A stretch of 64,000 nt of DNA from an uncultured delta proteobacterium (GTDB taxonomy: Bacteria; Myxococcota_A; UBA9160; SZUA-336): contig CAVPHD010000005.1 of assembly GCA_963704165.1 (NCBI GenBank), positions 64,001 through 128,000 on the forward strand, given 5' to 3'. The notes below the pieces were generated by a model. It did not search any database and was not told where the DNA came from. It saw only the letters and a program-made list of their open reading frames with translations. The position numbers and the translations under genes are program-made. Shown here one piece after another: positions 20,593 to 30,845 of this stretch; position 1 is the first letter of the stretch, and the number at the start of each line of letters is the position of its first letter.

Positions 20593-23361
20593 GTGGCGGA
20601 GTACGAGGCGATGACGACGAGCGGCGGGACCGGAAAGGTCGAGATTCCGGTCCGCCGGCATTTCACGCGCGCGGGCGAGGACGTCTACGCGTCGGTTCGT
20701 TGGGCCCGGCGCACGGCGAAGATCAGCGCGGAGAACGGCGACGCCGTCTTCGAGCAGACCGACGTCGAAGTGCCCGAGAGCTGGTCGCCGATCGCCACGA
20801 ACATCGTCGCCTCGAAATACTTCCGTGGGCATCTCGGCTCGCCGTCGCGCGAGCGGAGCGTGAAGCAGCTGATCGGCCGCGTCGTCGACACGATCCGGAA
20901 GTGGGGCCGAAGCGGCGGCTATTTCGCGAGCGCCGAGCAGGAAGAGACGTTCGCGGACGAGCTCACCCACCTGCTGCTGCACCAGAAGGTCTGCTTCAAC
21001 TCTCCCGTCTGGTTCAACCTCGGTGTCGTCGAGCCCGACGGCCGGCTCGTGCCGCAGCAGGCGAGCGCCTGCTTCATCAACTCCGTCGAGGACTCGATGA
21101 CCTCGATCATGGACCTCGCCAAGACCGAGGCGATGCTCTTCAAGGGTGGCTCGGGTGCGGGGACCAATCTGTCGACGATCCGCAGCTCGAAGGAGACGCT
21201 CGCGGGTGGCGGAGTCGCGAGTGGACCGGTCTCGTTCATGCGCGGCTTCGATTCGTTCGCCGGCGTGATCCGCTCCGGCGGAAAGACCCGCCGCGCCGCG
21301 AAGATGGTGATCCTGAACGCCGACCACCCCGACGTTCTCGACTTCGTGCGCTGCAAGGCGCAGGAAGAGAAGAAGGCGTGGGCGCTGATCGACGCGGGCT
21401 TCGACGGGCGCTTCAACGTCCAGGGCGGCGCCTACGATTCGATCCAGTACCAGAACGCCAATCACTCCGTGCGGGTTTCCGACGGGTTCATGAAGTCGGC
21501 CGTGAACGGCGGAACCTGGCAGACCCGGGCCGTCACGACCGGCAAGGTGATGGACACGCTTCCGGCGCGCGATCTCATGACGCGAGATCGCGTCCGCGGC
21601 GCACGTCTGCGGTGATCCGGGCCTGCAGTACGACACCACGATCAACCGTTGGAACACGGTCAAGAACTCGGGCCGCATCAACGCGACCAATCCGTGCAGC
21701 GAGTTCATCTTCCTCGACGACACCGCGTGCAATCTCGCGTCGTTCAACCTGCTGAAGTTCGCCGACGACTCCGGAACGCTTCCTGACCGACGACTTCGCG
21801 CAGGCGGTCGACACGATGATCCTCGCGATGGAGATCATCGTCGATCCCGCCGATTACCCGACGCCGAAGATCGCGAAGAACAGCCACGCGCTGCGCCCGC
21901 TCGGGCTGGGCTACGCGAACCTCGGCGCGCTGATCATGCTGAACGGGTTGGCGTACGACAGCGACGAGGGTCGAAACCTGTGCTGCTGCGATCACCTCGC
22001 TCATGTCGGGTCGCTCGTACCACCGTTCGGCGGAGATCGCGGCTCGAACGGGACCTTTCGTCGAGTACGAGAAGAATCGCGCGCCGTTCCTCGAGGTGAT
22101 CGGCCTGCACAGCGAGTACGGCGACCGCGTGCCGACCGACGGTGTGCCCGCCGATCTGCACGTCGCCGCGCGCGAGAGCTGGCACCGCGCGCTCGAGCTC
22201 GGCCGGCACGCGGGCTTCCGCAACGCGCAGGTCACCGTGATCGCACCGACGGGAACGATCGCCTTCATGATGGACTGCGACACGACGGGCATCGAGCCGG
22301 ACATCGCTCTGGTGAAGTACAAGCAGCTCGTCGGCGGAGGAATGCTGAAGATCGTCAACCGCACCGTTCCGGCTGCGCTCGCTCGGCGCGGCTACTCGCC
22401 GGCGCAGATCGACGCGATCGTCGCGTACATCGACGAGCACGACACGATCGAGGGCGCGCCCGGCCTCGACCCCGAGCACTTGTCGATCTTCGACTGCGCG
22501 TTCACGTCGGCGCACGGCACGCGTTCGATCCACTACATGGGGCACATCCGCATGATGGCCGCCGCGCAGCCGTTCCTCTCGGGCGGAATCTCGAAGACCG
22601 TGAACCTGCCGAAGGACGCGACGATCGAGGATATCGAAGAGGCGTACACGGAGGGCTGGCGGCTCGGCCTGAAGTCGCTCGCGGTCTATCGCGACGGCTC
22701 GAAGCGCACCCAGCCGCTGAAGACAAAGGCAGACGCGGGCGATGCGAAGGTCGCACTCGTCGCAGCGTCTGCACCCGAGCCCGAGCCACGTCGCCGCAAG
22801 CTCCCGGACGTGCGCACGGCGAAGACACACAAGTTCTCGATCCAGGGCCACGACGGCTATCTGACCGTCGGCCTGTACGACGACGGAACGCCCGGCGAGG
22901 TGTTCCTGAAGATGTCGAAGGAGGGCTCGACGGTTTCGGGACTCGTGGACACGATCGCGGTCATGACCTCGATCTCGCTGCAGTACGGCGTGCCGCTGAA
23001 GGCGCTCGTGGACAAGTTCAGCCACACGCGCTTCGAGCCCTCGGGGTACACGCCGAACCCCGAGATCCCGTACGCGAAGTCGGTGACCGACTACGTCTTC
23101 CGCTGGCTCGGCCTGAACTTCTCGGGCGCGGAATCGGACGGCTCCGAGGACGACGATCTGGCCGACGACGTGATCCTCGATCCGCCCGTCGCCCGCGGCA
23201 GCGAGCGCGTCGTTCCGATCCGCGGCGGCAGCGCGAGCGAGCCGCGCCGGGGCACCGGGCAGGAGGACTCCCCAGCGTGCCTGAATTGCGGCTCGATCAT
23301 GGTCCGCGCGGGCACCTGTTACGCGTGCCGGAGTTGCGGCGAGACGGGGGGCTGCGGCTGA
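20593..23361 (+). CDS. nrdJ: Adenosylcobalamin-dependent (class II) ribonucleotide reductase; three apparent 1-bp insertions (~21580, ~21779, ~21985)
   Basis: 'FNSPVWFN', 'QQASACFI', 'GGKTRRAAKM', NPCSE (21689-21703, in a shifted frame), 'RPLGLGYANLG', 'IAPTGTI', 'GISKTVNLP', and C-terminal CxxC..CxxC..GCG. Confidence 0.92.
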
Positions 23362-23364
23362 CGC

Positions 23365-24465
23365 CTACCGGCCGTCGACGCGTCCGAACGCGTCGCGCAG
23401 GAGCCGCCGGCCCAGCGTGGAGTAGGGCTGCACGACCATGAGCATGTCGGCCATGAGCCGGCGGGCGCGGCGGCTTCGGGCGGCGAGCGCGAGCGAGAAA
23501 TCGACGACGCGCGGCCGGTAGAGGTGGCGGGCGAGCCGGGCACAGGCTTCGAGGTCTCCGCCCGCGCCGGAGTGCCAGCGATCGGTGTAGAGGCCGGGCG
23601 CGCCCGTCGGACCGACCTCCTCGAGGGCGTCGGCGAGCAGCGCCGCCGAGTCGAGCGCGTGCTGGATGCCCTCTCCGCTGATCGCATCGTTGGCGTTGGC
23701 GGCGTCTCCCACCAACGCGAAGCGCTCGCCGGCGACCGGTCCGCCGCCGACGGGAATGCTCGCCGCATAGGGATCGCGCGCGAGGTCGAGGCTCCCGGGA
23801 TAGCGTCGTTCGAGCATCTCGAGGACACGAGCGCGAAGCTTCACGCCGTTCTCGCTTCCGACCGGCGCGGCGATTCCCACCGAGCAGTGGCCGGGGCGCG
23901 GAAAGACCCAGAGGTAGCCCGCATACTCGCGCACGAACTCGATGTAGATCTCGTCCTCGGCGAGGCCCTGGACGTGGAAGCCCGCGGTCGCGTAGCTCGA
24001 AGCGCTTCCGGGCTTCGACCCGAGGAGCGAACGCCGGACGATGCTCGACGCCCCGTCCGCGCCGACGACGAAGTCGTACGGGCCTCCGTTGATCCGCGCT
24101 CCCGAAGGATCGGCGGAGACGAATCGGACGCGTTCGGTCCGCAGCTCCGCACCGGCCTTTCGCGCGCGCTCGAGCAAGAGCGAATCGAGGACGCGCCTCG
24201 AGAAGATCTCGATCGGGCGATCGAGATCCACCGAGAGCACGCGCCCGCGCGGCGCGCGCATGCGCACGACCGACGAGGGGCGTCCCGCGCGGCGGATCTC
24301 CGCGAGCTCGGGATACTTCTCGAACGCCCCGGGGGTGACCCCGCCGCCGCACGGTTTCTCGCGCGGGTGCGACGGGTCGTAGATCGTCACCGCATGGCCA
24401 GCCCGGGCGAGCCTCTCGCCGCAGAAGCTGCCTGCGGGACCCGCGCCGACGATCGCGATCTTCAT
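23365..24465 (-). CDS. Geranylgeranyl reductase family FAD-dependent oxidoreductase
   Basis: 'IVGAGPAGS', 'EKPCGGG', 'VGADGASS', 'GYLWVFP' and 'LVGDAA..DAISGEGI'. Confidence 0.88.
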   Translation of the reverse strand: MKIAIVGAGPAGSFCGERLARAGHAVTIYDPSHPREKPCGGGVTPGAFEKYPELAEIRRAGRPSSVVRMRAPRGRVLSVDLDRPIEIFSRRVLDSLLLERARKAGAELRTERVRFVSADPSGARINGGPYDFVVGADGASSIVRRSLLGSKPGSASSYATAGFHVQGLAEDEIYIEFVREYAGYLWVFPRPGHCSVGIAAPVGSENGVKLRARVLEMLERRYPGSLDLARDPYAASIPVGGGPVAGERFALVGDAANANDAISGEGIQHALDSAALLADALEEVGPTGAPGLYTDRWHSGAGGDLEACARLARHLYRPRVVDFSLALAARSRRARRLMADMLMVVQPYSTLGRRLLRDAFGRVDGR

Positions 24466-26168
24466 CACATATTCGTGTAGTCGGGTCCGTCGCCGCCTTC
24501 GGGCGTGGTCCAAGTGATCTGCGCGTACGGATCGGCGACGTCGCAGGTCTTGCAGTGAACGCAGTTCTCGTGGTGGATCACGAGCCGCTTGCCGTTGGGC
24601 GCGGCGCCGTCTTCGATCATCTCGTAGACCGCGGCCGGACAGAAGCTCTCGCAGGGATTGCCGTACTCCTGCGTGCAGCGGGTCGCGCACAGATCCGTGT
24701 CGCGCACCTTGAGATGGTGCGGCTGATCGACCTCGTGCCGCGAGCCGGCGAGCGCGACGGCCGTCACCTTGTCGAAGGTGAGCTTGTTGTCGTAGGCGAC
24801 CTTCTGCTTCTTGGCTTGCTCTTTCGGCGAGAGCTCCGAGAGCTTCTTCATGTGCTCGTGATCCGGGTGCGTGTGCACCTGCTTCACGAGACCGCGGCCC
24901 CCCGTGATCATCGCGAGGGCCTGACCGTTCACGATCCACGGCAACTGGCGCAGCCAGCCGAGCCAGCGCGGCATCTTCGACACGTATTTGAACGAGCCGT
25001 GGAAGTTGCGCGCCTTGTAGTGCTCCTCGGCGAGCCAGCTTCCGTGGAACAGGCGCGAATATCCCTCGAGCGACTTCGAAGAGAAGTCGTCCTTGCGAAT
25101 GGCCTCGACGAGAGTCTCGGCGGCGAGCATTCCGCTCTTGATCGCGAGGTGTACGCCCTTCAGTCGTTCGCCGTTGCACGTGCCGGCGGCGTCACCGATC
25201 AGGAGCGCGCCGTCGGCGTAGAGCTTCGGGAACGAGAAATAGCCGCCGGCGGGCATGGTCTTCGCGCCGTAGCGGATGCACTCGCCGCCCTCGAGGAGCT
25301 TGCGCATGCGCGGGTGCGTCTTCCAGCGCTGCATCAGGTCGTGTGGATCGGTGTGCGGGTTGTCGTAGTCGAGCCCGGTCACGAAGCCGAGCGAGATGCA
25401 GTTGTCCTTGAGATCGTAGATCCAGCCGCCGCCGAACGTGGTCGGGTCGTGCGGCCAGCCCATCGTGTGGACGACGCGGCCGGGCTGGTGGTTCTCCGGG
25501 CGGATCCGCCAGATCTCCTTGATCCCCGTCTCGTACGCCTGCGGGTTCGAGCCGGCGAGGCCGAGCTTGTCGATCAGGATCTTCGTGCACGAACCGCGCG
25601 TTCCCTCGCCGAACACCACGCACTTCGCATGGATCTCCGGGCCCGCTTCGAAGACGCTCTTCGGTTTGCCGTCCTTGTCGAGGCCACGGTCTTGAACCTG
25701 CACCCCGACGACACGATCGCCGTCGAAGATCGGCTTCGACGCCGCGAATCCGGGATAGATCTCGACGCCGCGCTCCTCCGCCTTCGCGCCCAGCCACTTC
25801 ACGACGTCGGAGAGCGAGATCGCGTAGTTGCCGTGATTGACGAATGGCGGCGGCGTGACCGGGATCGTGATCACCCGCTTCGACGTCATCGCCCACGTGT
25901 AATCCGTCGTGCACTGGTAGTGGAAGGGGAAGCCCTGCTCGAGGAAGTCCGGCATGAGCTCAGCGAGGCCGCGCGGATCCATCATCGCGCCGGAGAGTTG
26001 GTGGCCGCCGATCTCGGGCGCCTTCTCGATCACCAGTACGGCGGGCATTTCGACGTTCTGAGCTTTGCACAGGTCCGCGAGGCGGATCACGCTCGCGAGC
26101 GTCGCAACGCCCGCGCCCACGAAGAGGATGTCCACGTCCAGTCGTTCGCGCTCAACGGCCTCACTCAT
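24465..26168 (-). CDS. Electron transfer flavoprotein-quinone oxidoreductase
   Basis: 'EKAPEIGGHQLSGA', 'GIKEIW', 'KGVHLAIKSGMLAAE', and 4Fe-4S region 'FCPAAVYE..NCVHCKTCD'. Confidence 0.95.
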   Translation of the reverse strand: MSEAVERERLDVDILFVGAGVATLASVIRLADLCKAQNVEMPAVLVIEKAPEIGGHQLSGAMMDPRGLAELMPDFLEQGFPFHYQCTTDYTWAMTSKRVITIPVTPPPFVNHGNYAISLSDVVKWLGAKAEERGVEIYPGFAASKPIFDGDRVVGVQVQDRGLDKDGKPKSVFEAGPEIHAKCVVFGEGTRGSCTKILIDKLGLAGSNPQAYETGIKEIWRIRPENHQPGRVVHTMGWPHDPTTFGGGWIYDLKDNCISLGFVTGLDYDNPHTDPHDLMQRWKTHPRMRKLLEGGECIRYGAKTMPAGGYFSFPKLYADGALLIGDAAGTCNGERLKGVHLAIKSGMLAAETLVEAIRKDDFSSKSLEGYSRLFHGSWLAEEHYKARNFHGSFKYVSKMPRWLGWLRQLPWIVNGQALAMITGGRGLVKQVHTHPDHEHMKKLSELSPKEQAKKQKVAYDNKLTFDKVTAVALAGSRHEVDQPHHLKVRDTDLCATRCTQEYGNPCESFCPAAVYEMIEDGAAPNGKRLVIHHENCVHCKTCDVADPYAQITWTTPEGGDGPDYTNM

Positions 26169-26186
26169 GGCCGCGAGCATACCGGA

Positions 26187-27392
26187 TCAGGCTTGCGGCA
26201 GCAGCACCCGCGAGAAGGCCAGGAAGACCGCGAGCGCGCCGAGCAGCGCGACGCCGGCGAACAAGAAGGGCGTCCCCGGAGCGATCGAGGCGAAGACCCA
26301 TCCCCAGCACAGCGCGCCCACGGTGCGGCCGGTGTGAAGCATGGCCTGGCTCTGCGACATCGCTTCGCCGGCCTCGTGTGCGCCGCAGACTTTCGAGAAC
26401 AGACTCGTGAACGCGGGGATCGTGATTCCCGCGCCGAGAGCGATTCCCACCGCGGACACCGTGAGCGTCGCCAGCGAATGGCTGAACGACATGCCCGCGA
26501 GCGAGACCCCGGTGAGTGCGAGACCGGCGACCGTCATCCGGATCTCGCCGATCTCGCGCGAGAGGCGACCCACGAACAGCCCCTGGCTCGCTCCGAGCAC
26601 GATCGCGATGCCCGCGACGAAGAGCCCGGTCTGCGTCTCGTTCCAGTCGAAGCGTGCAGCCGCGAACAGCGGGAACATCGCATCGACCACGGAGAACGCG
26701 AAGAAGATGTGGAAGAAGAGATACAGATACAGTCGCTGGCTGCGGCCATGGACGCTCGCCATGACGAGAAGCGGCGCAGGCACGAGAACGCGCGCGAATC
26801 CACGCCAGCCACCCTGAGCGGGAACCGCAGCTTTGGATTCCGGGAGCGCGAACGCGGCGAGCACGAAATTCACCGCCGCCACACCCGCGGTCGCGTAGAA
26901 CGGCAGCGCTGGATCGATCCCGCCTAGGATCCCACCGAGCGCGGTGCCGAGCACGATTCCGACGCCCGAGGCCGCACCGATCAGGCCCATACCTTGTGTA
27001 CGGGAGTCGTCGTCGGTGAGATCGGTCATGTACGCCTGTGCGGTGCCGATGCTCGCGCCGAAGAAGCCGCCCAGGAATCGCGCGATCAGAACGGTCGTCA
27101 GCGTCTCGGCGAGTGCGAGCATCACGAACGAGAACACGGTGCCCAGAAGAGAGACGAGCAGCACCGGTCGCCGCCCGACACGATCGGAGATCCAGCCCCA
27201 GAGCGGAAGGAAGAGCACCAAGCCGAGCGCATAGAGCGCGGTGATCAGCCCGATGTGGAAGGCGTCGATGCCGAGCCGCTCGACGAATCCGGGCAGAACG
27301 GGGATCAGGATCGAGAAGCCGATGAAGTCGATGAGGATCGTGGTGAAGATGATTCCGACCGCGAGGCGGCGGTGTCCCTTGGCTTCACTCAT
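26187..27392 (-). CDS. MFS transporter, TetA/DHA1-like
   Basis: 'IDFIGFSILIPVLP', motif A 'GWISDRVGRRP' and 'AQAYMTD'. Confidence 0.9.
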   Translation of the reverse strand: MSEAKGHRRLAVGIIFTTILIDFIGFSILIPVLPGFVERLGIDAFHIGLITALYALGLVLFLPLWGWISDRVGRRPVLLVSLLGTVFSFVMLALAETLTTVLIARFLGGFFGASIGTAQAYMTDLTDDDSRTQGMGLIGAASGVGIVLGTALGGILGGIDPALPFYATAGVAAVNFVLAAFALPESKAAVPAQGGWRGFARVLVPAPLLVMASVHGRSQRLYLYLFFHIFFAFSVVDAMFPLFAAARFDWNETQTGLFVAGIAIVLGASQGLFVGRLSREIGEIRMTVAGLALTGVSLAGMSFSHSLATLTVSAVGIALGAGITIPAFTSLFSKVCGAHEAGEAMSQSQAMLHTGRTVGALCWGWVFASIAPGTPFLFAGVALLGALAVFLAFSRVLLPQA

Positions 27393-27440
27393 CGTTGCCT
27401 GCATTCTAGGGGTCAATCCGCCGAGGCGGGAGGTCGGAGC

Positions 27441-28370
27441 GTGGAGCTACGCGAGCGAAGGCTTGCCCAGGTGGTGCGTGACTTCATGGAGGCGTTCGTG
27501 CTCGCTCGAACTCTGGGCGAGGACCTGCGCGCTGGCCGGCTCACGTTCCAAACCGTCACGCGCCTGGTCGGGGACGCCGAGGACAGCGCGCTCTACCGGC
27601 TGAAGGAGGAGTGCCACGCGCTCTTTCGCCTCGACGCCTCGCGCCCGATAACGGAGGTTCAGGCGGAGGAGTTTTTCGACCTCGCCGTTGGTGCGCTCTT
27701 TCACGAGACGATGAAGTTCCGCGAAGGCTTCTATCTGACCGACCGGTACGGACCTCGTCTGCAGCGGATGATGGCGGAGGGCTCGGCGACCGGACCGCTC
27801 GCCGAGACGTTCTGGCGAGTCGTCGAAGCGGGCCGCCGTCGCATGGTCGAAGCCGAGTCGGAAGCGGAGAGCCTGTTTTCCGAGACGCGCGACCAGCTCC
27901 TGATCCTGCTCCGTCAGCTGGGCGAGTCGGGTGCGGTCGCGCGCAGCCTGGTGGAGGATCCGGAGCGCGCGCAGCAGGTCTTCGATCTTCCACTGTCCCG
28001 TTTGCTCGTCGACACGTACGGATCGGCTCAGCATGGGTATCAGCTCGCGATCGACAGCCTGATCGAGAACGGCCACTTTGCCGAAGCTGCCGCGGTACTC
28101 GATCACCCCGACACGAGAGCGGCCGGTGTCACCGACGGCGCCCTGGACTTCGCGCGCGGCATGGCGAGCTACTATGCGGGTGACAACCTCGCAGCGGTCG
28201 AGTCACTCGCGCGCTGGAGCAAGGGCAGCGGATGTTCGCCGACCGCGTGGAGACAGAGCGCGGTGCGGGTTCTCTCCGCGCTCGCGAAGAGCGTCGAGCT
28301 CGCCGACCCGAAGCTGTCGGAGCGCGCGATCGCGATCGGATCCGTGCTCAGTGCCGCGAACTCGGCCTGA
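27441..28370 (+). CDS. Hypothetical helical protein with TPR-like C-terminus
   Basis: GTG at 27441 with SD-like GGAGG upstream; protein-like composition. No recognisable catalytic motif. Confidence 0.7.
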   Translation: MELRERRLAQVVRDFMEAFVLARTLGEDLRAGRLTFQTVTRLVGDAEDSALYRLKEECHALFRLDASRPITEVQAEEFFDLAVGALFHETMKFREGFYLTDRYGPRLQRMMAEGSATGPLAETFWRVVEAGRRRMVEAESEAESLFSETRDQLLILLRQLGESGAVARSLVEDPERAQQVFDLPLSRLLVDTYGSAQHGYQLAIDSLIENGHFAEAAAVLDHPDTRAAGVTDGALDFARGMASYYAGDNLAAVESLARWSKGSGCSPTAWRQSAVRVLSALAKSVELADPKLSERAIAIGSVLSAANSA

Positions 28371-29130
28371 TCACCACCGGATGAGCTCGCAGCCATAGCC
28401 AGCCCGAAGCGCCGATCGCGATGCAAGCCAGCGCGACGACCTGCGCATTCGTGAACGGACCGATCAGCATCGGATTCAAGCGGTAGCTCTCGATCACCAG
28501 CCGCCCGATGCCGGAAAGCACGAGGTACTCGCCAAAGAGAAACGGAGAGGGCCCGCGCCGTCGCCACAGAAGAGCGCCGACCGGGAGCAGCCAGAAGGTC
28601 TCGTAGAGCATGGTCGCGTGGACGCGAAAGACCTCGTTGGTCACGGGGTCGATGGTCGGCGGCAAGCCCTGTGGGAATGCCACGGCCCACGCGACATCGG
28701 AGCGCATTCCGTAGTCGTCACCGACGAGGAAACAACCGACCCGACCGAGCGCCTGACCGACGGCCAACGAAGTCGCCGCACAGTTCGCCGCCACGAGCAG
28801 CGGCACCTTGTGCAAGTGAGCCGCCCACAGTCCCAGGATCGTCCCGCCGAGAAATCCCCCGTACCAGGTGATCCCCCCGCGCGACGTGAGTAGCTCGAAC
28901 GCGCTCGCCGTGGGATCTCGCGCGATCTGCTCGGCCACGTACCAGAGCTTCGCGCCGAGCAACCCTCCGACCACGCACCAGGTGACGATGTCCCAGGCGG
29001 CCTTCGCGGGCAGGTCGACGCGTTCGAACGAGCGCGCAGCCAGATAGCCGCCGGCAACGAAGCCCAGCGCGACCATCACACCGAAGGTCGAGATGGGAAA
29101 GCCGAAGATTTCGAATAGGACGGGGTACAC
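28348..29130 (-). CDS. lgt: Prolipoprotein diacylglyceryl transferase
   Basis: 'MYPVLFEIFG', 'GGITWYGG', 'GQALGRVGCFLVGDDYG' and 'HATMLYE'. Confidence 0.88.
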   Translation of the reverse strand: MYPVLFEIFGFPISTFGVMVALGFVAGGYLAARSFERVDLPAKAAWDIVTWCVVGGLLGAKLWYVAEQIARDPTASAFELLTSRGGITWYGGFLGGTILGLWAAHLHKVPLLVAANCAATSLAVGQALGRVGCFLVGDDYGMRSDVAWAVAFPQGLPPTIDPVTNEVFRVHATMLYETFWLLPVGALLWRRRGPSPFLFGEYLVLSGIGRLVIESYRLNPMLIGPFTNAQVVALACIAIGASGWLWLRAHPVVIRPSSRH

Positions 29131-29151
29131 GCGCGAGCAGGATACCGAAGC

Positions 29152-30618
29152 CTACTCGGCGCGCTCATCCTCGCGCAGGCGCTCCTCGATCGCTGCGAGC
29201 TGCGCGGGGAAGCATTCCTTCGCGGCGCGTACGAACTCGGCGATTCTGCGCGTCTCGAAGAAGTCGGGATTCGAGTCACAGAGCTCGAGCCCGAGCAGGC
29301 GCACGTCGGGGCGCCCGCGGAGGAGCTCGAGATCGCGGCGATGCATGGTCTCGATGCTCGCGGCCGCCACCGTCTGCATGAGCCGAAGCTTTCCGATCCG
29401 ACCCGGATGAGAGCGGTAGTTCTGCAGGCCACCCGACAGCTTCACGTACACGATCACGAGCCGTTCGCGCTTCTCCACGCCGGCGGCTCGGTCGAGATCC
29501 CACTTCCTCACGATCGAATGCAACGGGACGTCCTCGGTGGTCGAGCCGTCGATGTAGTGGGACGTGTGCCCAACGCGTGGGATGACGCGCGGAACGAAGA
29601 GCAGCGGTACGCTCGACGAGGCAAGCGCCGCTGATCGCGCCTCCGTCTGGATCATGAACTCCTCGAGGTGGGGCGGAACCACGTCCGGCGTCAGTACCTC
29701 CGCACGGCAGTGCAGCAGGTTGAAGGCGATGCAGTAGAAGGGGATCCGCGGTTCGATCGCGCCGCAGTAGCGTTCGAGCATGCGCGAGAGTCCGTCGGCG
29801 CAGTCCACGAAGCCGGCGCCGGCGGAGCCCAGCGAGGGCAAGAGCGCGTCGCGGACCAGATGCCGCAGGAACTGGAGCTTCGAAGGGCGAAGCGCGAGAT
29901 CGACGCGACCCGTGTAGAGGTCGTAGCCGAGCTGCTCGATCGCATGTGGCGATAGCCCGTGCGCGTACATCAGTCCCGCCATCGCTCCGGCGCTCGAGCC
30001 CCAGACCTCGGTGAAGTGGTCGGCGACGCCCAGGGTCTCGAAGAGCTGGATCGCCGTCGCATGTGCGAACAGCTTCAGCCCCCCCGAGCCGAGCGAGAGC
30101 ACGACCCGCGCGCCCGGGTCTGAACAGACCGCGCGCAGCCGATGGAAGCGCTCGTGCAGTGCCGGAAGCGCGGTGTGGATCTCGGCCGGAACGACCTGCC
30201 AGACGTAACGGCGTTCACCGCCCGCTCGGTCGAGCACGAAGCCGTCCGCGGGAAGGCTGCGATTGCGGCCCAGGAAGCGGATTTCCACCGACCCGTTCGC
30301 TCGATCCTCGGCGAGCAGACGCGCGAGCACCGCCAGTCGGGCGTCCTCGGGTGGCCAGTCGTCGACCGAGCCATCGTGCGGGAGCGAGAAGCGCACCGGG
30401 AGCTCGCGCTCGTGAATGCGGCGGACGATTTCGAAGCGGAGGTCGAGGTTCTGCGCCTCGAGCAGCTCGACGTCGGTCAAATAGAACGAGCCGTCCGGTG
30501 CCTGAAACCGCAGCGGTGACTCGCGCTCTCGGAGCTCCGACCAGGCCTCGGGCGAGAGGTCGGGCTTGATCTGGACGACGTGACCCAAGGGGAGGCGGAA
30601 CTCCTTCGCTCGACGCAT
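29152..30618 (-). CDS. Patatin-like phospholipase with an unrecognised N-terminal domain
   Basis: 'LSLGSGGLK', GSSAG nucleophile elbow, 'ASSSVPLLF' and 'YIDGS'. Confidence 0.85.
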   Translation of the reverse strand: MRRAKEFRLPLGHVVQIKPDLSPEAWSELRERESPLRFQAPDGSFYLTDVELLEAQNLDLRFEIVRRIHERELPVRFSLPHDGSVDDWPPEDARLAVLARLLAEDRANGSVEIRFLGRNRSLPADGFVLDRAGGERRYVWQVVPAEIHTALPALHERFHRLRAVCSDPGARVVLSLGSGGLKLFAHATAIQLFETLGVADHFTEVWGSSAGAMAGLMYAHGLSPHAIEQLGYDLYTGRVDLALRPSKLQFLRHLVRDALLPSLGSAGAGFVDCADGLSRMLERYCGAIEPRIPFYCIAFNLLHCRAEVLTPDVVPPHLEEFMIQTEARSAALASSSVPLLFVPRVIPRVGHTSHYIDGSTTEDVPLHSIVRKWDLDRAAGVEKRERLVIVYVKLSGGLQNYRSHPGRIGKLRLMQTVAAASIETMHRRDLELLRGRPDVRLLGLELCDSNPDFFETRRIAEFVRAAKECFPAQLAAIEERLREDERAE

Positions 30619-30786
30619 CGGCCGCTCCGCATGGCACCCTTAGAAGGTCAGGGCCGTGGCGCGATTCCGACAATAAAGTCCTTTCATGTCCAGCTAGTTG
30701 CAGGTTCGGACCACGTGCCGGACGCGCTCGGGCTGCCGCTCCGAGATGGGCTGACCGGAGTGCTCGCTCGGATCTGCCGATACTCG

Positions 30787-30814
30787 TTGACACCCCCCCC
30801 GGTCCAGATAGGCT
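30787..30814 (+). promoter_or_regulatory. Putative sigma70 promoter for slt-moaC
   Basis: TTGACA-16 bp (including a C8 run)-TAGGCT, about 30 bp before ATG 30846. Confidence 0.5.
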
Positions 30815-30845
30815 GTGCCCGGGAATCGGGGGGTATCGAGAGGCT

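Noticed and set aside
21570..22003. Intron or intein, or split nrdJa/nrdJb genes
   Set aside because: RNR sequence is continuous across the breaks with only single-base shifts and no inserted element.
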